A program made the position numbers and the translations under genes. This document shows positions 1 to 13,914 of a stretch of 64,000 nucleotides of DNA, in pieces. A model generated the notes under the pieces. That model worked only from the letters and a program-made list of their open reading frames with translations. It did no database searches and was not told the DNA's origin. Source of the stretch: Eledone cirrhosa (Eukaryota); assembly GCA_964016885.1 (NCBI GenBank), contig OZ024740.1:73160001-73224000 (forward strand), written 5' to 3'. Numbering within the stretch: the first letter of the stretch is position 1; every line of letters begins with the position of its first letter.

Positions 1-33
1 ATACATTCTTCTGTATGTATATCTCTCATCCTT

Positions 34-310
<277 letters not shown>

Positions 311-2027
311 ATCTATCATGTATCAGTTCCCATTTTTCTTTCTTTCTTTATTTATTTATTTATTTATTACTTATTTGTTTGTTTATTTATTTAACAGTCT
401 ATCTGTCTGTGTCTCTGTCTGCCTAATTACATGTCTCCCTTTGTATATTTATTTGATCTTGCATTGCATCAATGTTTTAGATGACTGTATTTTCAACGAG
501 GGAGTTTCTACGTAGTTACTTGATATGTTACAATTAACAGCCAAATCACTGCCAAATACTACACTGCTCTTCACTTAGGTAAATGAGGAAGAACATATTA
601 GATAATGTAATCCCAGATATACTATATCTGAAGAAAATATGGGATGTTTATCAAATGACTAGGGTGATCTATCCATTTGGGAAGTACGAAGTTAAGAAGT
701 AAGAACTACGAAGTTTGTTTACGAAAATTAAGCATCACAGAGTCACTCATTTATACGGTTATGATCTGGAATTAAGTTTACCAGATTATCATTTAAACAA
801 AGTCAGTATCATAAACTTGAACTAAAATTATCAGGTACGGTTCGAGATGCCTTAAAATCGACTTTGTTTCTTATAATTACCAAATGTGTTTAGAGAATGC
901 TGCATCGTCCTTTTTTTTAAATTCCAGAATGCCTATGTTGACAACGTCGCATTCAAAAGGAAAATTTGCTTAGGCCTATATAGCATAGTAGGTTTAAGCG
1001 AACACACACATACGCGCACACACACACACATATATATATAGAGAGAGAGAGAGAGCGAGGAGAGAGGGGAGGGGCAAACAAATAGAAAGAGAAAGAAAGA
1101 GAGTGAGAGAAAGAGAGAGAGAGAGAGACTGGGATTCAGAATTTTGGTCGATACCTTTCACCACATCAATTATCTAAGTTTGAAATTACAAAAAATGAAT
1201 TATTACCTCCCTTTCTGCCAATATCAGGGCCTTTGAATCACTGCTCTATAATTCGTCTTAATTCAACCTAGGAAAAAGTAACCGTTGACTAGTTTTTTCT
1301 CACAATTATGAGAAAAGAAGTCAGAATGTATGGTTTAGTAGGCTACATTTAATGTAAACTTAAGGTAGATATAATTACTGGTGGGGGGGGGGGGGGGTCT
1401 TTTATTAGCAGCCTTCGCTGTGAAATGAATGAACTCCTTAGTGCAAACAATTTCAAATTTTCCTTCTTATACAGAAAAAAAAATATCAAAGATTATTCTT
1501 ATGCTGACATTTCAAAGAGTATTGTTTTCTCATCAGAGAATAAATACTGCAATGATTTTGGGGTCCATGTTTGTCGATCTCTTTGTGGTAGACTCTGGAA
1601 ACTGATCCCTAATCTTTTATCTCGGTCAGGCGAACGATAACAACCTGAGACCAACTCATACACAAGAAGCTATCATTTCGTGCATGAAGGATTACTGCAA
1701 CAGTAATATAAAAGATACAGAATATAAAAGATACCTAAAATAGCCATACTAATTTACATATCATGCATATGTTTGGTAGTGTAATTAAATTAATAATGGA
1801 TATTTATGCTACAATACGGCGTATATTTGAAGATTTGGGACAAATTTAAGGTGGATATATCTAACGTTTCTTTTTAATTAGAAGCCTTGGCTGTGAAAAT
1901 AATAAACTCACCACATTCAATCTTTTGGGTTAATTTCAAAAATCTGTTACGAGATTTACAAAATCATGTGCTCCACCTACGAATATTGATATTTTATTTT
2001 GATGTCATGTGAAGCTCTTGATTTTTC

Positions 2028-2142
2028 TCAACACGATTTAATTCCTCTATCTCCGAATAATACTTTGTTACAACACGATTTAATTCCTCTATTTCCGGAT
2101 AATACTTTGTTACAACACTATTTAATTCCTTTAATATCGGAT
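2028..2142. repeat. 42-bp tandem repeat, ~2.7 units
   Basis: Unit caacacgatttaattcctctatttccggataatactttgtta repeated in tandem. Confidence 0.85.
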
Positions 2143-2271
2143 AAAATTTAAAATATTCAAATTTAATAGTTTATCTCGGTTTTTGAGAAATCACCAATTG
2201 AGAATTATAACACTGTTTTGTATCACATAACAATGTGATTGATTCTTCTGAACATTAAGCTTTGCAGACGA

Positions 2272-2935
2272 AGACATGACTGAATGGTTAAGAAGTTTAC
2301 TTCATAATCATAAGATCCCACGTTCGACCTCCCCACCAGGAATCTTGGACAAGTGTCATTTGCCATAGCCTCGGGCCGACCCAGGTCTTATGAGGGAATC
2401 TGGGAAGACGGACGCTGTTTGGAAGACCAGCAGATAGACAGTATCTGTAATTCAAAAGACCTGCTTTGACACAGTGATTCTCCTTCAGAATTACCTTATG
2501 GATACACGTTTATGTGGAATACTCAGCCACTTGCATTATAACAAAAAAAAAAATTGGCTGTACCGGTAATTCAAAGGATCGTCATTGGCACACGCTATGT
2601 CACGCTGAATCTCCCTGAGAATTACATTAAGGATACACATGTCTGTGAAATGTTCAACCACATGAACTTTAAGCCTTGTCAGTGAATCTGGGCAGACGGA
2701 GGCTGTTTGGAAGACCGTTGGATGGACTGTACCTGTAATTCCAGGGGCCTGTCTTGCCACACACCGTATCACGCTACTTATTCTTAAGATCTACGGTAAT
2801 GGTACACGTGTCTGAAGAACCCTTGGCCACTTGCTCGTTAATTTCATGTGCAGGTTCGAATATTCGTCGTCGAAACCGACGAATGTCCATTCTATTCTGT
2901 AATCAGACCCCACTGCCCTGCCGTCAGAGGCCATT
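2272..2935 (+). mobile_element. tRNA-derived SINE with internally duplicated body
   Basis: A-box-like TGACTGAATGGTTAAG and B-box-like GTTCGACCT. Body module (gaatctggg...gacgga...tgtttggaagacc) occurs twice. A related copy lies on the minus strand at ~14800-15290. Confidence 0.7.
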
Positions 2936-2994
2936 ATAAGAAATGAACCACTCTAGATTACCGGCATGTCATTATTACTGTTCTTTGTGTATTA

Positions 2995-3175
2995 TTGGCA
3001 GTATCGGTAGAAGGTCGGACGCCATGCTTTAACGCATAGAGTTACGGCCCTTTCCATTCTGAGTTCAAATCCCGCCGAGGTTAACTTTGCCTTTCATCCT
3101 TACGGGGTCGATAAAATAAAGTACCAGTAATGCACTGGGTAATTGCTGGCCTTGTGCCAAAAGGTAGAAACAATT
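2995..3175 (+). mobile_element. tRNA-derived SINE with Meta-domain-like core
   Basis: B-box GAGTTCAAATCC followed by GCCTTTCATCCTTACGGGGTCGATAAAATAAAGTACCAG, which resembles the MetaSINE central domain. Close reverse copy at 7620-7806. Confidence 0.75.
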
Positions 3176-3496
3176 ATATTTATAAATAATTGATATTTGT
3201 GTTAGAACAGAGCATATATTTGAAAAATTTCTGGTAAACTTGAGGTAGATATGCCTACCATTTTTTAATTATAAACCTTAATAATAATCTCATATGTTTT
3301 TCCTGTGTATGGAAGAATAGTTAAAAGTGTTTACACTTCAGCGTTCATTCTTTACACAGCTAAGGCTTCTAGGTCAAAAACTGTAGCTATATCTACCTTA
3401 AATTTACCCTATTAAATCTATATTTTTACATCTGCCTTCAGCTTTCTTTCAGTTCAGCTGGTATAATAATCGTATGCAGTTTATTTCCCACCGAGT

Positions 3497-3543
<47 letters not shown>

Positions 3544-3943
3544 TCTATCTATTTACTTATTTATTTATTTATTTATTGTAGATTCTGCTTCTTGCCAATG
3601 TCTCTATGTTTATCTGTTTGACTTGTATTTTCACCACTACTTGCTGGACTTCGTCGTTTGATCTCCATAATATATGTAATCGTTTGTTCAATGTACTATG
3701 GCGAATTAGTCATGTAAAATGCAGCTCTAACATTACAAAGGAACAAATAATTTCCGTCCATAAAGCTGACTTCTGCTGCCATGGATCCTATATAATGGTG
3801 GTTTTGTGTAATGCTTGGACAGTTGGAAATATGGAGGAGAAGAGACGATGAGATTTTAAAAATAGACATTAGAAAAGGATAAAGGGAAAATGACATCTTG
3901 AAAGAATAAAAAAGAAGGATGGTACTTTAACCCTAAACAGAGC

Positions 3944-4062
<119 letters not shown>

Positions 4063-4063
4063 A

Positions 4064-4109
<46 letters not shown>

Positions 4110-4344
4110 GTTTGGAGCTAGAAGGCCAGAACAATGCAGGTATGGATATAGAATATAAATACAAATGCAAAAGATATTGTTGACAATTAGTCCTTTACCT
4201 TAAATTTATTTGAATATCCTTCAGTTTCGAGATAATATCTCTTCTTCGGTGGGAAGTAAAGGGGTTAATCCAGTGTTCTAATTAGCTTGCCAAGTCATGC
4301 TGACAGGAAATAGTATAGAAATTCCATTCTATTTCTAATGTCAA

Positions 4345-4487
<143 letters not shown>

Positions 4488-4505
4488 TATACATATATAT
4501 ATATA

Positions 4506-4696
4506 TAACAAAGGAATTGTGGTGACGAAACTAGATGGACCATAACGCACCAGAGTACTCAATACTTAGGGTAGTAGAGTGGGAAATAGGAAAAAGTATG
4601 ACCCCGACGGCAGAGCTCAAGCCGTTTCGACGGCTATTTTAGTCCAGAAATAGCCGTCGAAACGGCTTGAGCTCTGCCGTCGGGGTCATACTTTTT

Positions 4697-4700
<4 letters not shown>
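4506..4700. mobile_element. Fold-back PLE-like terminal remnant (family X), copy 1
   Basis: Flanked by (TA)n. Inverted arms ~4587-4638/4648-4700. Same sequence recurs at 10218-10421, 30634-30843 and partially at 42765-42848. Confidence 0.65.
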
Positions 4701-4750
<50 letters not shown>

Positions 4751-5438
4751 TTGGAAGTTTTCAATTGTTGAACATATTCAAAAGTTTTTCAAATTCTATA
4801 GTTTGAACTTTCACAAAGTTGAACCAATATTTTCTTCCCCACCATGTTTAGATCAAACAAGAGATCAAAGCGAGACCATATCTCAAGTGTTCGAATTGTA
4901 ATTCAACTTCTTATGCTTTTCTTTCTTTTTTCTCCTCTCTTCCACAAGTTTGCTAAGCTGGATCTGACCAAAACAACCACCCGTCAAAACCTACAAAATA
5001 TATGACTGGAAATCGCATCTGTTATTATTAATGGCGATGAAGACATAAGTTGCAAAGATGATACGTAAGTGTTAAGGATGAAATTTGCAACCATTTTCCT
5101 AACATTAGCCAAAAATCGTACAAATATCTGCAGTTTTCATGATAATGGTATGTACATAATATACATAATGTAGAGTAGCTTTAAATGACTGCATTGCGTG
5201 GTTGATGAGAGACAGGAGAATGTAAACTGTGAAGTTGACTTCAATGAGGAATCAACAAAGATGTAGAAATATTAGGTTAGCCAGTGTTCGTCTGATCTCT
5301 GTCACATCATTTATGGATCAATGGAATTGTACAAAGTAGAGTTTTCCGTGAGAACAGGACAAATGTCACGCACCAAATCTTATAAAAACGTTCCAGTCGA
5401 AAATCGTTCGAACTTTTATTGGAATGACCCCCGCCCAA

Positions 5439-5489
<51 letters not shown>

Positions 5490-5909
5490 GTAAATAAATA
5501 AATAAGTAAATAAATAAATAAGTAAATAAATAAATGAATAAATAAATAAATAAATGATGACTCTCCAGATATCTAATTTTGACCGAATACGATACCAATG
5601 GATGAAAATCAAACATTTCACTTTTTGCTCTACTTTGTAATTACAAAAACGAAAATGCCAATAATCAGAGCTAGATGGAGCTATAAGCTTCCCTTGTGAC
5701 ATTTTTTTTTTCTGTTCGATCGGTCGGTATTCCGTTATTTCGTTCGATATAAATCGTCATTCAAGCATTTGACTACGGTCGACAGGGGCCAATACTTCTG
5801 TTTGACTCGGTCTTTGTTATTATTACTACTTTCGCTTGAGAGACGCAATGAGAGGAGATAGTGTCATATTTAGAGAGCGTTGACATGAACATAGTCAGTC
5901 GTTCGTTTC

Positions 5910-6228
5910 CCACTACCACCACCACCACCACCGATGCTACAACCTCAGCCACCACCACTGTCACCACCACTGCCACCACCACCATCATCATCATGAACAT
6001 CACCAATAACAGCATTACCAGCAATGCCGTCTCCACCGCTACCACCGCCACCACCACCACCACTACACACACCACTACACACACCACCATCACCATCGCC
6101 TTAAACAACCAATACCGCCATTATCACCGTCACTGCCGCCGCCACATTCATACAGCCGTCGCCACCACCAATAGCGGTACCATCACTACCTCCAACACCA
6201 CCACCACCACAACTATCACCTTACCACC
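5910..6228. repeat. Degenerate (ACC)n trinucleotide region
   Basis: Direct: cac/acc triplets. Source of the poly-T/poly-V pseudo-ORFs. Confidence 0.9.
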
Positions 6229-6643
6229 ACGATCGCTCTTTCCCTCCATCACTTGTTCCCCACCCCCGCACACAAGGCAGACTATATGATCCATCAAATT
6301 CTCAGCGTGACGTGTAACGAGTGCATAAAAATGAAACGCTAAAAGATATTAATGTAGATTTACGGCATGCTTCACTAATTATCGTCTGGCATTGGGAAGC
6401 GACATTATCGTCGTCAAACGTCAGCCATCCTCAGGCCACATTAAGTCCTTTCACCGGCAAAGTAAGGCGGACCGCCTCATTAGCTAGCTGTAAAAGAACG
6501 CTATTTCTAAGCAGTTGTTACTGTGAACACACTGAGCTAATTGAGATGGTGGCAGTATGTATGTGAGCGTGTATATATATATATATATATACATATATAC
6601 ATACATACATATACTCTCATATATATATTTATATACTCATATG

Positions 6644-6718
<75 letters not shown>

Positions 6719-6772
6719 GTATGTATGTGTGTGTGTGTGTATACATTTATACATATGTGTATGTGTGTGTGA

Positions 6773-6839
<67 letters not shown>

Positions 6840-7311
6840 CGTGCACGTGTGTATTGGCAGTGGTGATGGCAATGTTGGTGTTGATGATATATAAATGGTT
6901 GGTAGTGGTGGTGGTGGTGATGGTACTGGGGCTGATGCTGGTGACGGTGTCGGCGGGAGTGTTGATGCTTCTGATGGTGTCCACGTTAGTGTAGTGGAGA
7001 AGAATGATAGATGTGTGAATGACGTTATTGATGTTGTTGTTGTTGTTGTTGTTGTTGTCGAAAGACAGAAGTCGTGTGAGAAATCTCCGAAAACGTTCGT
7101 TGAATCATTGAATTACAAGATGTCATTGGAAGATGGATTTGTTGTTAAGAATGAAACATTTTCAGTCGGAATATTTTGCTAATCTGTTGATTATCACAAT
7201 GGCAATGTAATACAGTGAAGGCACGTGACCAAGTGGTTAGAATGTTGAATCCATTGTCATAAGTTCGTAGGTTCGATTTCCATATTGAGGTGTTGTGTTC
7301 TTGGACAATAC

Positions 7312-7470
7312 CAGGGCCTCCAAGTTTGCAAGGCGATACAAGACCGTTTTAGGGCCTGAGGCAGGCAAAGATTTTTCTCAAAATGACTGTTGCATGGTTG
7401 ATGTGAGGCCTTCTTAGCTGTTGGGCCCCGGAATAATGTACCGACTGGAACCTCCCTCTCATAGGCCCTG
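7312..7470. mobile_element. MITE-like element (CAGGGCC...GGCCCTG termini) inserted into a tRNA-SINE
   Basis: 7-bp terminal inverted repeats. Interrupts a SINE whose head (gtggttagaatg...ggttcgattt) starts at ~7220 and resumes at ~7471. No clean TSD seen. Confidence 0.5.
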
Positions 7471-7619
7471 GGAAAGAGACTTCATTTTGGGTTGTTCCAG
7501 TTCACTCAGTTATAACAAAGTGAATGCCACCAGCAGCTCGGGGTTAATCCAATGATAGACATGCGCATAAGAAAATCTTTTCTTGCTTTCGATAACCCTT
7601 CACAACGACCACAGCGAAA

Positions 7620-7806
7620 TAATTGTTTCTACTTTTGGCACAAGGCCAGCAATTTCCCAGTACATTACTGGTACTTTATTTTATCAACCCCGTAAGGATG
7701 AAAGGCAAAGTTAACCTCGGCTGGATTTGAACTCAGATTGTAAAGAGACGTAACTACGCTAGAAAGCATGGCGTCCGACCCTCTACCAATACTGCCAATT
7801 CACCTC
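7620..7806 (-). mobile_element. tRNA-derived SINE (same family as 2995-3175)
   Basis: Reverse-complement match to 2995-3175 (ctggtactttattttatcaaccccgtaaggatgaaaggcaaagttaacctcgg...gatttgaactcag). Confidence 0.8.
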
Positions 7807-7824
7807 AGTGCAAACATGCGCCAG

Positions 7825-7975
7825 TTTAAGCTCTCGGTCATCAGAAGGGAAGTCGGTTTAAAAGACAAACTTGCTATCTTTAATTCGGAGTCTGTACCTA
7901 CTCTTACCTATGGTCATAACATTTGGGTAATGACCGAAAGAATACGATTGCCAATACAAATAGTCGAAAGAGTTC
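7825..7975 (+). pseudogene. RTE-clade (Rex3/Expander-like) LINE ORF fragment
   Basis: Translation KDKLAIFNSESVPTLTYGHNIWVMTERIRLPIQ resembles the post-RT segment (KLSIY..VPTLTYGHE.WVMTER.R..IQ) of RTE elements. Confidence 0.7.
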
Positions 7976-8756
7976 CCCCTTTCGTTGGGATTCTACCTCC
8001 TTAATATACACACTCTGCATCTCAACAACCATGAAATACTAATCTGATTTGTAGTCATCCTGGTTTTCACACCGCAGAAACTCCATATATGTATATATAT
8101 ATGATACTAAAAGTCTCTGATTGCTTGCTTGCTTGTCTGTAATGTAATACAGCCAAAAGAGTGCATAATGGGAAACTACTCTGAAAGGAAGTTGCGCTTG
8201 AAATGGGGATACAAATGGGATAAAACAAGTTTCACGTAAATCTGACCACGGGTTCCCGAGATATGGGGTTTTTCCGGGTACCTTCATAAACAAAGAGAGA
8301 GAAAGATAGAGAGGAAGAGATGGTGGTTGTAACAGAGTAGATTGAATGAGAGACAGAGAGAGGGAGAGGAGACAGAGAAGGAGAATGGAAGGGAGCTGGT
8401 GGGGGTGTTGTGTATATATATATATGTGAGTGTGTGTGTGTGTGTGTCTATGCCCAGTGCATATAGATCACAGATACCCACATATATATACACACACACA
8501 CAAATACATACATATATATATATATACGTGTGTGTACGTATATATATAAATGTGTGTGTGTGTATATATATATATATATACACACACACATTTATATATA
8601 TACTTACACACACGTATATATATGGGCCTACCAGTTTCTTTCACATTATACACATGTCTGTGTATATTTTAATTATTTTAAAATTATTTTTCAGTGAACA
8701 TGATTTAAAAAAGAAATTTTGAAGTGAACGTGACCCAACAGATCACGGATGGTCTA

Positions 8757-8822
<66 letters not shown>

Positions 8823-8827
8823 ATATA

Positions 8828-9459
8828 TATTGTTATACTTTGGGAGGGTCATGTTGCTAATAAGAAACACACGCACCAGTTGCTTTCACTTCAATTTATT
8901 ATAATAAATTTATAAATTTAGGAATTTATAAATTTACGGTTGGTTGGTTCCACAACCAGATGGTTGTTTATATATTGTCAAAGTTCTTTCGTCACACATT
9001 CTGTGACCTCTTCAGTGACTGGGGATTCTTTTCTTTGTTTTTGTGCCTCTCCTTTGTTCTGTCCTACGCCATTTTGTTTTTGTGTGTGTGTTGTGTGCTC
9101 AGTCTGCGCATGCGCCACATCCGGGTGTTTGTGTGTGTTTATATTCGTTTATTTATTTGTTTATTTACATGTTACAGGTTGGTTGTTTGTTCTATGTGCG
9201 TGAGTGTTTTCATTTTGTCCTTAATTGTAAGTTGTAATGTTGCTGTTCACTCATGTTTTCTATTTAATTTTGGTTGTAATTCTTTTATGTTTATTGCCTC
9301 TGTGATTTGTCTAAACATTGCGTCTTTTCTGTGTGTAGATTCTATTTTTATTTCTATGTTCTCTAATTTACTCTTATGTTCTATTTTAGCATGTTGGTAG
9401 AGTACAGATGATTCGTGTGTTTCTTATTGGCAACATGACCCTCCCAAAGTATAACAATA
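8828..9459 (-). mobile_element. 5'-truncated PLE 3' end with short inverted terminus
   Basis: Minus strand 9408-9247 reads SVLYQHAKIEHKSKLENIEIKIESTHRKDAMFRQITEAINIKELQPKLNRKHE*, a GIY-YIG C-terminal EA..I....P.LN pattern. HHR in the 3' UTR. ~46-bp inverted copy of the terminus at 8828-8873/9414-9459. Confidence 0.75.
8977..9019 (-). ncRNA. Minimal type-I hammerhead ribozyme motif
   Basis: GUCA-CUGAAGA-G-GUCACA(GAAUG)UGUGAC-GAAA-GAAC-UU-UGAC; stem I GUCA/UGAC. Confidence 0.65.
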
Positions 9460-9516
9460 TCGGTTTCAACATACGTTTTCAGATAAAGAATCTTGCTAAA
9501 CAAATTCAGAAACGAA

Positions 9517-9559
<43 letters not shown>

Positions 9560-9676
9560 AATATCCACGGTTAGTTGTGGAGTCTAGTCTGCATGAAGAA
9601 CTCAATATAATCCATATGTTGAAAATGTTGTAGGTTAAAATAAATCCCGGAAAATAAAAGGAAAACAGAGTCATGA

Positions 9677-10138
9677 TATAAGTTAAAACAATGAAAAAAA
9701 AAAATCAAGTCATTAGAAATATACTTCACTGCTTTACGATCGTTTCTAGGTGATAATAATACATCGTACGCATATTTCGTTATCGATCTATGTAGGGTTA
9801 GTTACAAAATATCAGATAAGGAATATATTTACTTACATGTATATCATCAGCCGTTGTAAAAAGCAATGAGAATTTTATTCAAAATCAGTAGTAAATTGAA
9901 TTCTACTTTACTTTAATTGAATTCAATTTACTACTGATTTTGAATAAAATTTTCATTGCTTTTGACAACGGCTAATGATATACATGTAAGTAAATATATT
10001 CCTTATCTGATATTTTGTAACTAACCCTACATAGATCGATAACGAAATATGCGTACGATGTATTATTATCACCTAGAAACGATCGTAAAGCAGTGAAGTA
10101 TATTTCTAATGACTTGAATTTTTATTTCATTGTTTTAA

Positions 10139-10142
<4 letters not shown>
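9677..10142. repeat. ~225-bp-arm near-perfect inverted repeat, probable PLE terminal remnant
   Basis: 9677-9900 is the reverse complement of 9922-10142 with a few mismatches. Abuts (TA)n. Contains CUGAUGA and GAAACGAUCGUA pieces. Confidence 0.8.
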
Positions 10143-10217
<75 letters not shown>

Positions 10218-10220
<3 letters not shown>

Positions 10221-10418
10221 AACGAGTAGGACCCCGACGGCTGAGCTCAAGCCGTTTCGACGGCTAATTGTGACATTTTTTAGTCCAGAATTAGCCGTCG
10301 AAACGGCTTGAGCTCAGCCGTCGGGGTCCTACTCGTTCCTATTACCGACTCTACTACCCTAAGTATTGAGTACTTTGGTGCGTTATGGTCCACCTGGTTC
10401 CTTACCACATTTCCTCCG

Positions 10419-10421
<3 letters not shown>
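10218..10421. mobile_element. Fold-back PLE-like terminal remnant (family X), copy 2
   Basis: Matches 4506-4700 and 30634-30843 in the opposite overall orientation. (TA)n on both sides. Confidence 0.65.
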
Positions 10422-10453
<32 letters not shown>

Positions 10454-10576
10454 GGAGGTGAGTTTTATTGTAGTACAATAAAGCAATGCAGATATCGGAT
10501 ACGAAGCACTCTACAGTTTGTAGGACTGGAGTATACATAATATATAAGATCAAAAGATGGTTAAATGAGTTCCATG

Positions 10577-10647
10577 TATTTTATTATGCGCATTTCAAAA
10601 ACAAATATCATCATGCAATAACATTTGTGTTTTCATCAGATAAAATA
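10577..10647 (-). ncRNA. Hammerhead ribozyme motif (inverted pLTR copy)
   Basis: Reverse complement of the 13222-13292 motif. Confidence 0.8.
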
Positions 10648-10992
10648 GGAGGACATGATATGAAGGTTAAAAAACACTTGTGGATAGTGCAGTTTTAAAT
10701 CAACATATGAAAAGTAGTTTTAGATTGATGTGTGATATTGGGAAAAAAAATATTTGAGGGCGGTGGGTGGAAAGGATGAAAAAGAGGAGGAGATGAGAGT
10801 AAAAAGTGGAGCGGGAGGAGTATAGTGAGGAAGGATGAGATAGGAGGAGAGATGGGTGATAGAGAGAGAGAGATAGCTTTTATAACTGAGAAAAATATAT
10901 TGTTTTACATAGAGAGGTTGAAAAAACCATTGGAAGATAATGTATAAATTAAAAGAATTTGAAAATTAACGAAGAGAAAAATAATGTAAAGA

Positions 10993-12317
10993 GTTCATCG
11001 TGACGATGGACTCTTTACTATCTTAAATTGCAACACAGTTAACCTTAATATTATTAAGAACAATATACGTAATCTCTTTAACCAACATAACCTAAAAATT
11101 GAATTTGATAATAGTATCAAACTAGCTAATTTCTTGGATGTATCTCTTAATCTTGACACTGGCCTATATTACTCTTACCATAAAAACAATGAGAACCTAA
11201 ATTATGTTAATTTTAAATCTAACCACCCTATCAATATTAAGAATGCCATAGTTAGTAATATTGGAAAAAGAATATCTAACCTATCTTCTAATAAAAACAT
11301 CTTCGATGCTAACGCCAATTACTATAATAACGCTCTTTCTAAAGCCGGCTATCCTGATAAAATCAAATATAATAAAGAAACAAATTCTAGAAGATCTTAC
11401 AGTAGAATAATTAATCATGATCATTCCAATAACTTTAATAAAAGACCTAAATACAAAAACATAATCTGGTATAATGCTCCTTTCTCCATCTCTATTAATA
11501 ATAATATTCCTAAATTATTCTTTAGTGCCTTAAATAAATGATTCCCTCCCTCACATATCTATAGTAAAATATTTAACAAACACACTATAAAATTTTCCTA
11601 TTCAACATCCTCCAACATTTCCAACATTATCTCTAAACACAACAATAAAATACTAAATACTAAATCTCTTCCTTCCAACACTGAATATCATGATAATAGT
11701 AATAGTACTCCCGACGTCATTGTAAACTCTAGGCTAATTTCTGCAAACCCAAATACAACGTCAAACACAACTTCGCTAAATGTTCTTAATCCCATTCTAA
11801 ATCAAGAAACTATTATTCCTATCGCCAATAATTTCTCCAATCCAACTCCTTCTATAGATAACACTAGGTCACTCGTTAATAATCTCTCTAATCGCAATTG
11901 CAATTGCCCTGCTAAAAATAAATGTCCTCTCAACAACCATTGTCTTGATAAAAACTTAATTTACGAATGTAAAGCTATAACTGACACCAAATCCTTCACC
12001 TATTTTGGCTCCACTTCCACCTCCTTTAAAGCTCGTCTTTATAATCATCATTCGTCTTTTAAATATAAACTTAAAAGAACCAACACGGCTCTCTCAGAAC
12101 TCATATGGTCCTTGAAAAACAAAAATATTAAATATAACATCTCTTGGAAAAAGGTTTCCTCTGCTTCTTCAGTTCTCTATCTAAGACTTGCAATCTCTGT
12201 CTAAATGAAAAAGTTACCATTATTTCTAATTTAGATTCTATAATAAATAGACGCACTAACTTGTTTTCTATCTGCTTGCATAAATTCCACAGAACTTTCC
12301 ATAAAGTATACAGCTAA
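10993..12317 (+). pseudogene. Degenerate PLE RT(C-terminal)/GIY-YIG ORF
   Basis: Reads HRDDGL...NFLDVSL...SNHP...IWYNAPFS...CNCPAKNKCPLNNHCLDKNLIYEC...YFGST...CNLCLNEK...CLH. In-frame TGA at 11539-11541 and a frameshift near 12170. Confidence 0.9.
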
Positions 12318-13221
12318 TATGATAAACTTTATCAATTCAGAATCCTTTTCTCAAAGGCACACATATATATATATATATATACTTCTTTAAAAATATACCC
12401 ATCTTTCTACCTTATTTCAAAGTTATTTATTATATTTATTATATTCTACATCACTCCTAATTTCTAACCCCTAATCTGTACCTTTTCTCACTGTGCCTAA
12501 CATAGAAACAATTATTACACAATACACCATATTCTTACTTCATATCACCTTGAAAAAATCCTTCGTAAACATAAACATTTTTTTGACGTTAGATTATTCA
12601 TCCACTATTCATTATTTTTTTCTCCCTTTCATCTAACTTATTCATGCTCATCTCACAATATATCCTTACTTACATTACTTCTGTTTTTAATAATACATAT
12701 CAACATTTTCTTTCCATCGCACATATTATTAAACCCTTAAATATTATTCTTAATACATATTAACATTTTCTTTCCATCGCACATATTATTAAACCCTTAA
12801 AATTATTCTTAATACATATTAACAATTTCTTTTCATCGCACATATTATTAAACCCTTCAATATACAAACCTTAACTTTACATTATTTTTCTCTTCGTTAA
12901 TTTTCAAATTCTTTTAATTTATACATTATCTTCCAACGGTTTTTTCAACCTCTCTATGTAAAACAATATATTTTTCTCAGTTATAAAAGCTATCTCTCTC
13001 TCTCTATCACCCATCTCTCCTCCTATCTCATCCTTCCTCACTATACTCCTCCCGCTCCACTTTTTACTCTCATCTCCTCCTCTTTTTCATCCTTTCAACC
13101 ACCCCCACCCTCCAAATATTTTTTTTCCCAACATCACACATCAATCTAAAACTACTTTTCATATGTTGATTTAAAACTGCACTATCCACAAGTGTTTTTT
13201 AACCTTCATATCATGTCCTCC

Positions 13222-13292
13222 TATTTTATCTGATGAAAACACAAATGTTATTGCATGATGATATTTGTTTTTGAAATGCGCATAATAAAATA
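13222..13292 (+). ncRNA. Type-I hammerhead ribozyme motif in PLE pLTR
   Basis: UAUUUUAU-CUGAUGA-[stem II acaaauguua/ugauauuugu]-GAAA-UGCGCA(palindrome)-UA-AUAAAAUA; 8-bp stem I. Confidence 0.82.
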
Positions 13293-13322
13293 CATGGAAC
13301 TCATTTAACCATCTTTTGATCT

Positions 13323-13363
<41 letters not shown>

Positions 13364-13684
13364 CAATATAAATCAAGATGGATACAGTAAGAAACTGGTT
13401 AGACCATTACTCTCCAGACTACTCGATACTTGGGGTAGTGGAGTATGGTTGTATAAAAGAGTCGACGCGTACAAGTATAGCTCTATATCCAAAACGGTTT
13501 TTCTTTCCATTTCAGGTAGATGCGCTCCATCATCAACTTTTCTAAAAAAGTATATTATACACAAAATGGCAGCATCAACAGTTTTGCAAGAGATGTCAAC
13601 ATGAATGGACTGTTATTTTTATTTAAAAACATTTTTCCGATTCCGCCCCATCGGTCCCTTCAATCTTTCTAATTTCTCATTCTT

Positions 13685-13720
13685 TCTTCTGATGAAGGAC
13701 TAGTTACCGAAACGTTAAGA
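13685..13720 (+). ncRNA. Minimal hammerhead ribozyme motif
   Basis: UCUU-CUGAUGA-AGG(ACUAGUUA)CC-GAAA-CG-UU-AAGA; palindromic AACGUU stem III, typical of PLE minimal HHRs. Confidence 0.7.
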
Positions 13721-13831
13721 CTCTCTTTCTGCTATTTCAAGCGTTAAACTAATATAATCCTTCCATATACTGTACCGATTGTGATATTTCTGTTTACCTT
13801 TTACATACCTTTTACACACGCGCGCGCGCGC

Positions 13832-13914
<83 letters not shown>

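Larger units (their letters stand above)
10532..13332 (+). mobile_element. 5'-truncated Penelope-like element with inverted pseudo-LTR copy
   Basis: 10532-10991 is the reverse complement of 12875-13332. Between the arms lies an RT-EN remnant homologous to the 21859 ORF. ~60-bp tandem x3 in the 3' UTR (12689-12860). Ends in (TA)n. Confidence 0.9.

Noticed and set aside
2272-2345. Possible tRNA gene (also ~7220-7290 and ~2995-3075)
   Set aside because: A/B boxes are present but no complete cloverleaf forms, and the sequence continues into a repeated SINE body.
3582-3851. Possible host exon after a TTGTAG acceptor-like site (81-aa Cys-rich ORF)
   Set aside because: No recognisable protein motif or partner exons; insufficient support without transcript data.
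11539-11541. In-frame TGA in a PLE ORF with a long open continuation; possible selenocysteine, as in some Naiad PLEs
   Set aside because: The copy is 5'-truncated and also frameshifted near 12170, I saw no SECIS-like hairpin, and the intact relative has Asn here. Simple decay is more likely.
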